Of a stretch of DNA of 64,000 nucleotides, positions 1 to 14,407 are shown piece after piece. The notes below the pieces were generated by a model. It saw only the letters and a program-made list of their open reading frames with translations. It was not told where the DNA came from and made no database searches. The stretch spans positions 129,704,001 to 129,768,000 of the forward strand of contig OZ024741.1 of NCBI GenBank assembly GCA_964016885.1, given 5' to 3'. The first letter of the stretch is position 1; the number at the start of each line of letters is the position of its first letter. A program made the translations under genes and the position numbers. Source of the DNA: Eledone cirrhosa (taxonomy: Eukaryota).

Positions 1-213
1 TAACACACCTATTTCTTATTTTTGCTTCGCTTGTCATTTATTTCTATCTCCTGTCTTTATTAATTATAAAGAGAATTAGATACCTTTGTTAGTTTGGTCT
101 TACTAGGTCAACGTAGACGTTTACATTGATTGAATTAATAAATACCAAATATTTTTATCGACACTATACACACGGTGTGTTTTGTGTATCTCTAACGCAA
201 ATTCATGAAACAA

Positions 214-277
<64 letters not shown>

Positions 278-1401
278 ATATATATATGTATATATATATA
301 TATGCATATATATATGTGTATATATACATATACGTATATATACAAATTATATATATATATATGTTTATATGTAAGTATAATGCAATACTTGTTGAGTCGG
401 ATATTGTATTCATGTTCGTTCATGATTCAATAATACATTAATCCATTATCTACATCCACCATCGATGTATATACCTTATACATACACGCATATACACGTT
501 TATACTACATAAACATTTGTACATACTACAGTAGACATAATGTTTATTCCCGACTGATTGTTTTCGTAGATTATGTGAAAATCAATATGGAAATGTTTTC
601 ATATCATATATTAATTATCATAAGGTGCAGAAAGCTCATGGGCCATTTCTACCAGCACCGCCGCTGTGGGATGGGCGATGTACTTCATTCTTCTTGATGT
701 CTGTGAAGGCACGTGGATTAATAGTTGCGGGTTGGGTTCGCAGTCGTAGGGGTGTGGATTACATTTTCAGATGAAAGTGAAATCTTTCTGATATTTTTAC
801 TCCAACTTTTCAGTCGTAATTTATCTTTCTATCATTTTTACGATCGAGGAAAACCAACGTGTAGGAATTCTGAAGAAACAAATCAAAACAACCTGAGTTA
901 CAACCCTTTTTTTTAATGTAGGCACGAATGTAAATTAGCGCTGGCGGCCCGCCTGATGATGAGCCATATCTCACGGGGCCCATTTCTCGAAAAAGGTTAC
1001 CCATGTCTGATATACACCCTTCAATATTTACCGATATACATAAATACGTATATTCATACCAACATTCCCATGAATAAATTTCTAAACATATAAACGAAGA
1101 GACGTGCCTCAGCAAATATGCATACACGTATGAAAACTTTTTCTCATACATACATTCATCAATACGTACATGAACACACTGAAACACACATACACACACA
1201 AGAACACATACACATGCAAGCACACACACACACGTATACATACAAACACATATGAACATACATGTATATTCATATATACTCGTATAGTGATAATCATAAA
1301 TATATGTACTGACCCATATAGCACTGACGTAATCATTTTTTATTATCAACGCACACATACACATGCTCACATGAATAGATACATGTACAAACTGACACCG
1401 T

Positions 1402-1439
<38 letters not shown>

Positions 1440-1617
1440 AGAAAATTCACACAGATTTACAGGGATTCGGGCATGACAATTAGAAAGATACAGAGGGTAT
1501 ACACGTTTAAGAGAGATAGAGATAGATAGAGAGAGAGAGGGGGGGTGGCAGAAGTGTGGTGGAAGGGAAACTATGTGTGAGCTAAAGTGGGTTGAAAAAA
1601 ATGAGTCGAGGGTACCA

Positions 1618-1688
<71 letters not shown>

Positions 1689-2425
1689 AAGAAAGGAGAG
1701 AGAAACAAAAACAACAGCAACAATGACAACACAGAAGAAAGGACGTCACAAGACTACAATTTGAAAGGGTTAAGTCTGCCATTTTAACATCTCCAATGCC
1801 ACCTTGGTAGTGATATTTCACACTTTAGAACAACTAATTGTCCAAATTGAAACCTCCGGTGTCTCCTCAGTTTTGCTTTCACAATTTTATTTGTCTAGTG
1901 AGGCAAATATATACCGTCCAGCGAATATTGTAGCGTATCATGGCAGGCGACGAAATGTATGTATGTATGTTAAGAGAGTGGGACTGGCTTTGTGCAGTGC
2001 CTTTGATCACTATAAAAGCTTCACGGCACAGGCATTGCTTTATATCTGGAGATCTCTCTGCAATTGTCGTCACATGGTACCATGGGCCCAGCACTATGTG
2101 TCAATGATTGTCACAAGTGCAGTGTTTGTACCAGAGTTTTCAAGTCGCTGGCTGGACTAAAAAGTCACACTCGTTCAGCGCATCGGTAGGGGTTCTCCTA
2201 CATGGATATAAAGTAGTGGCCGTACTCGAAAACGAGTTGGCAGCCACTATGTATGTATATATGTTATTTAATAACGGAAACAATCGCCAGTAATGTTTTG
2301 ATGCAACTGGAATTATAACCATCCAGTAAACGGCAAATGTGAGTTCGAGTCCCACAAAAGACACCGTAAACTATTTTCATTCTGCAGAGACTATTATGCC
2401 CAACATGCACGCAAGTGTACAAATA

Positions 2426-2517
<92 letters not shown>

Positions 2518-2592
2518 TGTGTGTTGTGTGCGTGTGCGTGTGTGTGTGTGTATACACGTATATATTTGTAGTCTCGAGGATTATATATAATC

Positions 2593-2690
2593 CTCTCCTT
2601 AGCATTGCAGGAAACGGTGCCCGGGTTTGCGACCCAAGCGACAAGGTTGGAAACAAAGAACGAGTCCCAAATGTCGCGTCCTAGATTAGG
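2593..2690 (-). mobile_element. Short CRE-clade non-LTR retrotransposon fragment (REL region)
   Basis: Minus strand reads LI*DATIWDSFFVSNLVAWVANPGTVSCNAKER (degenerate), matching IWDAT...FSTSSLVASATNPGIAARLAEERK of the fragment at 40800-40880. Confidence 0.55.
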
Positions 2691-2947
2691 GATTTATGCA
2701 TGTGTGTAAGGTTTATGGATTTCATTTGGTTGTGTTTGGGGATTGAATTCCCGGTCATAGCTACACGTACACACACACACATACACACACACATACACAT
2801 GCACACACGTACACACACAAACGCGCGTGCGCACGCAGATAATAAATACAGGAATTCTGAAGTAATTTAAGTCATTAAAATTCGTCTTAAATGGGTTTTA
2901 ACAAATGGAATGAGAAGAATATGGTAAACAGAACAACTTGATTAATT

Positions 2948-2996
<49 letters not shown>

Positions 2997-3286
2997 CTGT
3001 GTCTGTGAGTGTGTGAGTTGATATACGTAAACATACATACACACACGCACACACACACGCACATGCACACATATATATATTAAGAATTCATTTTCTTTAG
3101 CTGTGCGTAAAAGCTACGTGGGCCGAAAAATCTTGAATCGGCCAATCAACAGCCGGTAATAAGCGGAATCAAATCGTTTTCTCAGAGAGGCGACTGAATA
3201 TTGAATTTTGATAAGGCTTTTTAGAGGAGGCCTGGGAAACGTGATGTAATGAAACAGAAAATAACTATAAAAACCCAGAGAAAGAC

Positions 3287-3440
3287 GCCATGCTTTGACG
3301 CATAGAGTTACGGCCCTTGCCATTCTGAGTTCAAATTCCGCCGAGGTTAACTTTGCCTTTCATCCTCACGGGGTCGATAAAATAAAGTACCAGTAATGCA
3401 CTGGGTAATTGCTGGCCTTGGGCCAAAAGTAGAAACAATT
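3287..3440 (+). mobile_element. tRNA-derived SINE, 5'-truncated
   Basis: B-box-like gagttcaaattcc, core gcctttcatcc..ggggtcgataaaataaagtacc and tail ccttg.gccaaaagtagaaacaatt, all shared by many copies in the window. Confidence 0.85.
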
Positions 3441-3485
3441 ATATGTGTATGTCCCTGTGTGTGTGTGTGTGTGTATGTGTGTGTG

Positions 3486-3611
<126 letters not shown>

Positions 3612-4327
3612 ATGTTGAGTATATATGTGCCTATTTCCATGTTCTGTATGTATATATGTATGTTTGCAACGCCACCACCACCACCACCACCACCAATAGC
3701 ACTACCGTCGCTGCCGTCGACATCCACTACCCCTGCCACAATCACCACTATCATCACAACCACCACCAATACTAACACCACTGCAGTCGCCTTCGAAACC
3801 ACCAACAACAACATCACCACCACCACCACCCTGCACACTACAACAGACTGACATGCTTTGTTTTGCTCTCTGTCTCTTCATTGTACACAACAATAGTCTC
3901 TTATCTTATGACGTAACAAGCCGTATACTTCCTCGAACCTCCCTAAACCTTCACACTACAGCTATTGGCATACCGTATCCTTCCTCTCTATTTTATACTC
4001 CTACTACAATAGTTGATGCTATATTGTCTTATCAAAGAGTTTTCTGCCTTCATCCAAGGTCACCCTTATAGACACGCCTGAATTCCTGTTGTCCCCTCTG
4101 TATTGTTTCATCTCCTCCCTCAAAACTACTAACCAAACAATTTTGCTGGCCTTTCCTCACCAGAACCGCATTTCCCTGGATTCCCCTTTCGACCCACATT
4201 TTCACACCAAAGAACAACCACCGTTACCGACTTTCGCCAGTGGTGCTTATCCTCAATTCCCTTGGCGTTAAGCGACTCTCTCGACAAGACTCTCTCTGGA
4301 CAAGACGTCTGTCTATTGCAGGTTTAA

Positions 4328-4425
4328 TTCCCTAGCTACTGCTGGTACTCATCTCAGCTGAGTGTACTGGACCAACGTGAAATAAAGTGTTTTGCTCGAG
4401 AACACAAGGCAGGAATCGAGCTGAT
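4328..4425 (-). mobile_element. Fragment of a second SINE-like repeat
   Basis: tactggaccaacgtgaaataaagtgttttgctcgagaacacaa...ggaatcga; a related segment with a reversed B-box lies at 61760-61845. Confidence 0.5.
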
Positions 4426-5353
4426 CTTTAGATAGACAATTAAAATATAACAGCAAGGACCAGGACGGTAAAATAGACGATTAAAATATAACGGTAAAAG
4501 TGATGGAAAATACAAAGTCAGATAAGATGCTACACCTGAGAACTGAATTAGCAAAATATCTTCCCAGATATGTTTTTTTTGTCCGGAACAGCTGCGTGTT
4601 GACCAAATGCGAAGTGTATTCGAAAAGTTCACTACGTAGCAATTACAGATTCGTTATGGGTAATAGACGATTCAATAACGACTGCAGTGCGTACATCCGT
4701 CCAAGTCTTAATCACATCTGACAAAATATTAAGACATTTTAAACGCTGAACAAAATTCAGGAGGTTTATTTATCAACGAAGATCATAATCAATAGAAAAT
4801 AAAAATAAATTGCTGTGACAATGTAATGCTGTTTAAAAAGTTTTTAGTTTTACCCTTCTAATTATATTTCCCCCTGTAGCAGTTCAGCAAATTATCTATC
4901 ATTCGACAGAATTCAAAAATTTGGATCAAAATCAATGAAATGTTGCTTCAATTCTTCAGTAGCGTGAAACGTTTCTCCAATTGTTAGAAATTCGTTTCAC
5001 TTCTTGAAGCGTTTCTCATTCTGTTCGTCCGTCAGGCTTACTGTTGATCGATGTTAATGAGATCACTGTCAGTTTTAGATTGTGTGAAAACATTTTGTAC
5101 AGCAATCACCGTGTTCTTTTTCTTAACATTTAAAATGCAGAATTTTTTTTACGCTCTCTCTATGATGAAAATTAACGAGAAATCTTTGTTTATTAAACAT
5201 AATATTGAAATTGATGTGAATCAGTGAGGTAAAAGAAAAAACGTGAAAGGTAGGAAAGAGAACTTCTACGGAAAAGTTGACTTAAAGAAAGGAGCCTACA
5301 AATTTTGCACTGAGGCAATAAATAAGAGTAGGATGGTTTTGTTTACGAAATAT

Positions 5354-5543
5354 AATTGTTTCTACTTTTGGCACAAGGCCAGCAAATACCCAGTGTATTA
5401 CTGGTACTTTATTTTATCGACCCCATAAGGATGAAAGGCAAAGTTAACCTCGGCAGGATTTGAACTCAGGATGGCAAGGGCCGTAACTCTATGCGTCAAA
5501 GCATGGCGTCCAACCCTCTACCGATACTGCCAAACCACCGCCC
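5354..5543 (-). mobile_element. tRNA-derived SINE, near full length
   Basis: Reverse complement of the SINE consensus from the ggcggtgg head to the agaaacaatt tail. Confidence 0.9.
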
Positions 5544-6479
5544 TTTTTACGAAATATAATGTTTACACAGTGGCCTTGATAAAATGAATAAATATATAGA
5601 TACATAACAAACATAATGCTGATGACACCAAATTCCTCACATTCATGCATCAACAGAAGGAAGCTAAATATGTGAATGTTAGCTTTCGTTTTGTTTCTTT
5701 CTTTTTCTATTTCTTTTTCTTTTTTTTCTGATCTTTTTTTTTTTCTTTTTTTTTTTTCTTTTTTAAGTTCAGAATTTACTCTATCGTTTCGTAGTTGTCT
5801 GAATTTCAACAAACACAAAATTTGTCTCACTGAGAAACTTATACCGTTTTCTCAAATTTTGATAATTCTTGTTTCATCATGAGAGTGTACGCCCGATTGT
5901 CTGTCTGTATGTGTAACTGTGTTCTGAGTGTGAATGTGTATGTACGTGTGTGTATGTGCGAGTGTAATTGTGTGTGTCTGTGAATGTGTATGTGTGGGTG
6001 TATATGCATGTGTATGTGTGTGTGTAGGTATGAGTGGATGTATGTGCGTGTTAGTTTGTGAGTGTGTGTGAGTGTGTATGTGTGGGTGTATCCGTGTGTA
6101 TGTGTGTGTAGGTGTGAATGGGTGTATGTGTTTATGAGTGAGTATGTGTGTATGTGCGTGCGAGTGTGTGTATGTGCTAGTGAGTGTATGTATGTGTGTG
6201 GGTGAGTGTGGGAGTTTGTGTGCGCGTGTATGTATGTGCGTGCGCGTGTGTAAGTACGCATATATGCTTGCATGTATGAATGTCTTTCTGAGGATGTATG
6301 TGTGTGTTTGTGTATTTGCATGTATGTGTGAATCTTGTTTGAGGGTTTTCTGTTGACGTCACACCAATTGTTGCAAGGTCTGTGCACTTAAGTTCAACTA
6401 CTGATATAGCTGTGGTGTTGTTTATGTCGTTACTACATTTGCGAAGGTTAGACAGGGGTACCATGGAGAAATATACCCA

Positions 6480-6760
6480 TCTTATCCTATCTCCTATCAG
6501 TGGTTATTCAGTGGGTCGCTCCACTGATTCCAAACGTCACTTCCATTTGCCACAGTCATTCATGATGGTTTTAAGCTCCTGTAATGTCTCCATCTCAGTG
6601 TCTTCTAGCAGAGTGTCCACATAAGTGATTTTTCTCCTTCCTCTCCAGGTCCTTCCCTCAGTAGGTTGCCAGAGTACTAACTTGTTTGCAACCTCATCAT
6701 TGTGTCTGATACAGCGGCCAGTGAGTCGCATCCTTCTTTGTTGAACCTTTAATGAAACTT
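6480..6760 (-). mobile_element. RTE-clade LINE 3' fragment
   Basis: ORF 6537..6731 RLTGRCIRH...VLWQPTEGRTWRGRRKITYVD fits the RTE C-terminal pattern GH..R...W.P..G.R.RGRP..T..D. Confidence 0.7.
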
Positions 6761-7548
6761 GTTTTCCTATAGCTAAAGAGGCGGTTGGTAATAGTGTAAA
6801 ATGATCAGTTGAGGAAAACTAGGTTCTGTGTTGATGTAGTGAAGCCGTGTGATTGCTATGAAGGTTTATGAGCTGTCAAGTTCAGATAACACTTTCCACC
6901 GTGCTTCACAATTTATGGACGGAAATGCTTTTTTCGAAGTCAAAGGAAGCCATGTACAGGACATATGATATCCACAGCAGCTCTCCTGTAACTGAGTAGC
7001 ACAGTTATCAATATTGTCTTTGGAAACTTGCAGAATCCAAAGAGCCAGAACAATTATAATCCCACCGATCCGCTACGACAAGCTTGAACATTATTTGTTG
7101 GTCACTTAATAAGGAAAGGCAAAGTTGACATCGATGAACAACTCTGTCAATTCGCCTTTACACACATTTTAACCTTCTTTTTATGTATTTCAGAAACGTG
7201 GTTTTTCTTTATAATTTGACTTACTAAGTAAAAACGAACCAAGTTATATCCCACTGGTACAACTACACCCCCCCCCCCCCCAGCTAAGTTATATTTTAAA
7301 CTATATATTTAGTGTTAATTATCTCTTTTATACTGATAAAATCTGGTTAGTGAAATATCTAAAGCCACTAAACATATATACACATAAATAATATATATCA
7401 ATTGATTACCCTTTTATGCCTCCCGTTTACGTATTTCAGAAGCATGATTTATTTACAACTTCATTTACGAAGTGAAAACGTGTTTTATCATTTCCTACTG
7501 GTATATTCACACATCTAAGGTACATTATTATTTCATTGTTTATTTTAT

Positions 7549-7626
7549 TTGACTCTGATGATATAGACTTTCAGGAATTAACTGAATTTCATTCCTTTTC
7601 TGACGAGTGAAACGTACGTAAGTCAA
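7549..7626 (+). ncRNA. Type I hammerhead ribozyme motif
   Basis: ttgact-CTGATGA-(47 nt stem II)-GAAA-cgtacg-TA-agtcaa; stem I ttgact/agtcaa is perfect and stem III is palindromic. Confidence 0.8.
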
Positions 7627-7882
7627 TTAAATATCATATATATTAATAATAAATGACTTATTATTTTTCTTTATAAATATATATATATATATTTAAGTAA
7701 ACAAGTGGCTGTATTAACATGCTCTGTTAAAGGATGGTGGAGTCTGCAAAAAAAATGATAAGATGTTTGCAATCACAAACAAACACACACACACACATAT
7801 ATATATATATATGTAAATATATATATTTGTACATATGTGTGTATGTGTGACTGTGTTTGTGATTGTAAGCACCTGACCATAT

Positions 7883-8245
7883 AAATAGAATTAGGATTTA
7901 GCTTCGAGCATAGCTGTATACAGATATGTATTAGAATTTCGTATTTCTAAAGAAAAACGGTATGCTTATAAATAAACATTTAGAAAGCCGTAGCTATGCA
8001 AAAACACCGGAGGCTATCGCCACCTAGCAGTGTCCAGCAGAAGCAAAGGGGACTATCGTTGATCAATTTCGAACTGAACTGGGCTTCATCAGGATGGTCT
8101 CTCCCGCTCTTTCAACTGCTGTGTTTTTCATAGCTATAGCTTTCTAGATGTTTATTTATAATCGTACCGTATTTCTTTAGACATACGAAATTCAAATACA
8201 TATTTGTATACAGCTATGTTCGAAGCTAAATTCTAATTCTATTCT
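7883..8245. mobile_element. Hairpin mini-element: ~125-bp imperfect inverted arms around an HHR
   Basis: 7883-8007 is the inverted copy of 8120-8245, and the loop holds a minus-strand HHR. A third related copy lies at 8355-8520. Confidence 0.75.
8055..8098 (-). ncRNA. Minimal hammerhead ribozyme motif (degenerate)
   Basis: Minus strand: accatc-CTGATGA-agcccagttcagttc-GAAA-ttga-TC-aacgat; homologous to 8371-8414. Confidence 0.6.
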
Positions 8246-8370
8246 ATATTAAGTTGAGCCAATTTATACAGCTTCATATGCAAATGAGATTAATCACCTC
8301 ATTTACACAGACGAAAAAACTATATATTTTCGCCTGTTTTCAAAGCCTGGTAGTTTCAAGAGCGGGAGAG

Positions 8371-8414
8371 ATCGTCCTGACGAGAACCAGTTGAGTTCGA
8401 AACGCATCGACGAT
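8371..8414 (+). ncRNA. Minimal hammerhead ribozyme motif
   Basis: atcgtc-CTGACGA-gaac/gttc stem II-GAAA-cgca-TC-gacgat; stem I atcgtc/gacgat is perfect. Confidence 0.8.
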
Positions 8415-8567
8415 TGTCCTCCTTACTTCTGCCAAGGTGACGTTGGCTGCCAGTGTTTTTCATATTTTCATGTTTATTTATAAACATACCGTATTTTTCT
8501 AGAAAGACGAAATTCAAATATATATATATATATATATATATACAGACACGTACACACACACACGCAC

Positions 8568-8671
<104 letters not shown>

Positions 8672-8829
8672 ATATATATATATGTATACAAATATACACA
8701 CATATATACATATATATGCACGCAAATGCATACATACATATACGTACATACAAGCATACAACTCATGTTCTTACATACAAGTACGCTTATACAAGTAGAA
8801 AAGGCAAATAAGTTAAGAGTACATACATA

Positions 8830-9300
8830 ACCTCAGTACTGTGAGACGGACCGAAAGAGGGCGTAGATTGAGGCTAGGGGGTGGGGTAGGATGGAGAGGG
8901 AGGGGATATTTTGTCGAGCGGGGTGTTTTTTGAAACTATCGTTCTGGGGACAGTACTAGTTTGTAGGATTCATACGTTGCATAGTATCTGTGCATGCAGT
9001 CCGCGCAGTGTTCAGAGAGTTTGTTCAGTGTCGGGCTCTTGGCAAATAATATTTCATAGCTCTCCGAAATTCAAAGGTCACAACACAAGTGTCCTCTTAT
9101 GTATGACTGCGCTCTCTGGAGTAATTTCCATTTGAGCGTGAAGGCGGTGTACCTCCTCTTGAGGTCCCAGACATAAGCGGCGAGTGTTGTTTGGTTGGAT
9201 TTGTCCGATCTTCTGAACGAGTGGGTATGGACATACCACCACGTCTTAAATTTGGTGGATGTCATTCCGATATATGTTCTTTTGTTGTTGCCTGACAACA
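8830..9300 (-). mobile_element. Penelope-like element fragment (GIY-YIG endonuclease and 3' UTR)
   Basis: ORF 9071..9301 TYIGMTSTKFK.WWYVH..SF...QTTLAAYVWDLK...W...CDL parallels the GIY-YIG domains of the other Penelope copies here. Confidence 0.8.
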
Positions 9301-9682
<382 letters not shown>

Positions 9683-9848
9683 TATACATATATATATACT
9701 TTAGAGATTCTAAAACTTTTCTTTTTTATATATGTATGTGTATATATATATATAGGAATAATAAATGTGAAGACTAAAATCCGAAGAGGGCTCGATAAGG
9801 ATTATATACATATAATCTATATATATAAACCAGTAGAGCAAATATTTA

Positions 9849-10115
<267 letters not shown>

Positions 10116-10514
10116 TTATGTATATATATATATTATATATATTATATATATACAAATAAAGATTCAGCGAGAATCGCATTTCGGCGGGCAGGAAAAGCGA
10201 AGCGAAACGCAAAAATCAGAAATGATACTGGCAAAGTGGTCAATAGTTAAAAACCAGAGCTAAACAATGTGTTAAGAAGCCATACAAAACTGAAAAGGTG
10301 GTCAAGAAGGCATTAACCACCCAAGCCAAAAACCAAATCATGCTAAACAGGTCAAAACAAAATAAATGATAAAAAATAAAGGGGAGAAGGCAGTGTTATT
10401 TTTAATGCCCTTCCCCCATCCTTGGCGATGTATATATATATTATATTTTAAGTGATATTATTCATTGAGATGTAATGTATATATATATATATATATATAC
10501 ATACATATATATAT

Positions 10515-10549
<35 letters not shown>

Positions 10550-10670
10550 GGAGGTGAGTTTTATTGTAGTACAATAAAGCAATGCAGATATCGGATAAGA
10601 AGCACTCTACAGTTTGTGGGACTGGAGTATGCATAATATAAGATCAAAAGATGGTTAAAGGAGTTCCATA

Positions 10671-10741
10671 TATTTTATTATGCGCATTTCAAAAACAAAC
10701 ATCATCAAGCAATAATATTTGTGTTTTCATCAGATAAAACA
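10671..10741 (-). ncRNA. Hammerhead ribozyme in Penelope pLTR
   Basis: Reverse complement of tgttttat-CTGATGA-stem II-GAAA-tgcgca-TA-ataaaata. Confidence 0.85.
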
Positions 10742-11714
10742 GGAGAACATGATATGAAGGCTAAAAAACACTTGTTGATAGTGCAGTTTTAAATCAACAT
10801 ATGAAAAGTGGTTTTAGATTGATGTGTGATATTGGGAAAAATATTTTATTTAGAGAGGGGGGGGGGAGGATGAGAAGGGAAGGAGATGAGAGGGAGAGAT
10901 GGGTGATAGAGAGAAAGAGATAGTTTTTATAACTGAGAGGAGATATATTTTTTATATAGAGGGGTTGAAAACCGTTGGAAGATACTGTATAAATTAAAAA
11001 TTTTGAAAATTAACGAAGGGGGGATATGTGCGAGGAAAAAATATTTTATTTAGGGAGGGGGGGGGGATGAAAAAAAGGGGGAGGAGATGAGAATGAAGGT
11101 GGAGAGGGAGAGATGGGTGATAGAGAGAAAGAGATAGTTTTTATAACTGAGAAAAAGATATATTGTTTTAATATAGAGAGGTTGGGAACCGTTGGAAGAT
11201 AATGTATAAATTAAAGGAATTTAAAAATTAACGAAGGGAAATTATGTATGAAGATAGAGAGAAAAAAATAATAATTGTGGGTGAATATTCTAACGTCAAA
11301 AGAAGAAATGCATGTATTGTGGCAATTTCAAAATTAGCAAAGAGAGAAATGTTAAGGTTTATGTGTAGAAGGATTTGAGAAAAATAATGTGAAGTTAAAG
11401 TTTGTATATTGAATTCATATGTATTAATAATGAGTTCGTTGATGGGGAGAAAAAAATAATAATAAATTAAGGATGAAATTGAGATTAAAAAGATTTATGA
11501 TAGAGAGAAAAAAAATAATAATGATTGCGGATGAATATTCAAAATGTCAAAAACAAATGTTATTGTTTTACGAGAAGATAGAATGAGGGTAATGAGTAAA
11601 CGAGTATTATAGAGTGTATAATGCCCTTTAAAGTAGGGTAGATGGGTATATTTTAAAGAGGTGTATGTATATGTGCCTTTGAGAAAAGATTCTAAATTGA
11701 TAAAGAATTGAATA

Positions 11715-13074
11715 TTAACTGTATACTTTGTGAAAAGTTCTATGGAATTTATGCAGGCAGATAGAAAACAAATCTGAGCGTCTATTTATTATGGATTCTA
11801 GGTTAGAGATAATGGTAAATTTTTCATTTAGGCAGAGATTACAGATTTTAGATAGAGAGCTGTTCAAGTATGAGGATGCAGAAGAAATCTTTTTCCAAAA
11901 GATGCTATATTTAATGTTTTTGTCTTTTAAGGACCATATGAGTTCTGAGAGAGCAGTGTTAGTTCTTTTAAGTTTGTATTTGAAAGATGAATGATGATTA
12001 TAGAGACGAGCTTTAAAAGAGGTGGAAGTGGAGCCAAAATAGGTGAAGGAATTGGTGCTAGTTATAATTTTACATTCATAAATTAAGTTTTTATCGAGGC
12101 AATGGTTGTTGAGAGGACATTTATTTTTAATGCGGCAGTTGCAATTAGAGAGATTATTAATGAGTGATCTAGTGTTATCTATAGAAGGAATTGGATTGGA
12201 GAAGTTGTTTGCGATAGGAATAATAGGAATAATAGTTTCTTGATTTAGAGTTGGATTATAAACATTTAGCGAAGTTGTGTTTGACGTTGTATTTGGGTTT
12301 ACAGAAGTTAGCCTAGGGTTTACAATGACGTCGGGAGTACTATTACTGTTATTATGAAATTCAATATTGGAAGGAAGAGATTTAGTATTTAATATTTTGT
12401 TGTTGTGTTTAGAGATGATGTTGGAAATATTGGAGGATGTAGAATACGAAAATTTGATGGTGTGTTTGTTAAATATTTTACTATAGATATGTGAGGGAGG
12501 GAAGCATTTATTTAAGGCACTAAAAAATAATTTAGGAATATTGTTATTAATAGAGGTGGAGAAAGGAGCATTATACCAGATTATGTTTTTGTATCTAGGT
12601 CTTTTATTAAAATTATTGGAATGGTTATGATTAATTATTCTACTGTAAGTTTTCCTAGAATTTGTTTCTTTATTATATTTGATTTTATCTGGATAGCCGG
12701 CTTTAGAAAGTGCGTTATTATAGTAATTGGCGTTAGCATCAAAGATGTTTTTATTAGAAGATATGTTAGATATTCTATTTCCAATATTATTAACTATAGC
12801 ATTCTTGATATTGGTAGGATGGTTAGATTTAAAGTTAACATAATTAAGATTCTCATTGTTTTATGGTAAGGGTAATATAGGCCAGTGTCAAGATTAAGAG
12901 ATACATCCAAGAAATTAGCTAGTTTGATACTATTATCAAATTCAATTTTTAGGTTATGTTGGTTAAAGAGATTACGTATATTGTTCTTAATAATATTAAG
13001 TTTAACTATATTGCAATTTAGGATAGTAAAGAGTCCATCGTCACGATAAATTCCACCGCGAAGTTGAGGAATTT
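11715..13074 (-). pseudogene. Penelope RT C-terminal half plus GIY-YIG (left arm, frameshifted)
   Basis: Mirror image of 13068-14407. Confidence 0.85.
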
Positions 13075-14407
13075 ATCGTGACGATGGACTCTTTACTATC
13101 CTAAATTGCAATATAGTTAAACTTAATATTATTAAGAACAATATACGTAATCTCTTTAACCAACATAACCTAAAAATTGAATTTGATAATAGTATCAAAC
13201 TAGCTAATTTCTTGGATGTATCTCTTAATCTTGACACTGGCCTATATTACCCTTACCATAAAACAATGAGAATCTTAATTATGTTAACTTTAAATCTAAC
13301 CATCCTACCAATATCAAGAATGCTATAGTTAATAATATTGGAAATAGAATATCTAACATATCTTCTAATAAAAACATCTTTGATGCTAACGCCAATTACT
13401 ATAATAACGCACTTTCTAAAGCCGGCTATCCAGATAAAATCAAATATAATAAAGAAACAAATTCTAGGAAAACTTACAGTAGAATAATTAATCATAACCA
13501 TTCCAATAATTTTAATAAAAGACCTAGATACAAAAACATAATCTGGTATAATGCTCCTTTCTCCATCTCTATTAATAACAATATTCCTAAATTATTTTTT
13601 AGTGCCTTAAATAAATGCTTCCCTCCCTCACATATCTATAGTAAAATATTTAACAAACACACCATCAAATTTTCGTATTCTACATCCTCCAATATTTCCA
13701 ACATCATCTCTAAACACAACAACAAAATATTAAATACTAAATCTCTTCCTTCCAATATTGAATTTCATAATAACAGTAATAGTACTCCCGACGTCATTGT
13801 AAACCCTAGGCTAACTTCTGTAAACCCAAATACAACGTCAAACACAACTTCGCTAAATGTTCATAATCCAACTCTAAATCAAGAAACTATTATTCCTATT
13901 ATTCCTATCGCAAACAACTTCTCCAATCCAATTCCTTCTATAGATAACACTAGATCACTCATTAATAATCTCTCTAATTGCAACTGCCGCATTAAAAATA
14001 AATGTCCTCTCAACAACCATTGCCTCGATAAAAACTTAATTTATGAATGTAAAATTATAACTAGCACCAATTCCTTCACCTATTTTGGCTCCACTTCCAC
14101 CTCTTTTAAAGCTCGTCTCTATAATCATCATTCATCTTTCAAATACAAACTTAAAAGAACTAACACTGCTCTCTCAGAACTCATATGGTCCTTAAAAGAC
14201 AAAAACATTAAATATAGCATCTTTTGGAAAAAGATTTCTTCTGCATCCTCATACTTGAACAGCTCTCTATCTAAAATCTGTAATCTCTGCCTAAATGAAA
14301 AATTTACCATTATCTCTAACCTAGAATCCATAATAAATAGACGCTCAGATTTGTTTTCTATCTGCCTGCATAAATTCCATAGAACTTTTCACAAAGTATA
14401 CAGTTAA
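13068..14407 (+). pseudogene. Penelope RT C-terminal half plus GIY-YIG (right arm, frameshifted), Neptune-like
   Basis: GIYRDDGL, NFLDVSLNL, SNHP, Cys-rich CNCRIKNKCPLNNHC, LIYEC...YFGST..FKARLYNH, CNLCLNEK; 1-nt deletion near 13260 relative to the copy at 31980. Confidence 0.9.

Noticed and set aside
940-1005. CTGATGA with tgag/ctca hairpin and a later GAAA
   Set aside because: No stem I or stem III pairing around a UH site.
1765-2330. Possible exon or piggyBac end (aagggttaa)
   Set aside because: No partner TIR and no recognisable translation.
11791-14331. Duplicate ORFs of 67 aa and 82 aa on opposite strands
   Set aside because: Antisense to the Penelope ORF; they only mirror the palindrome.
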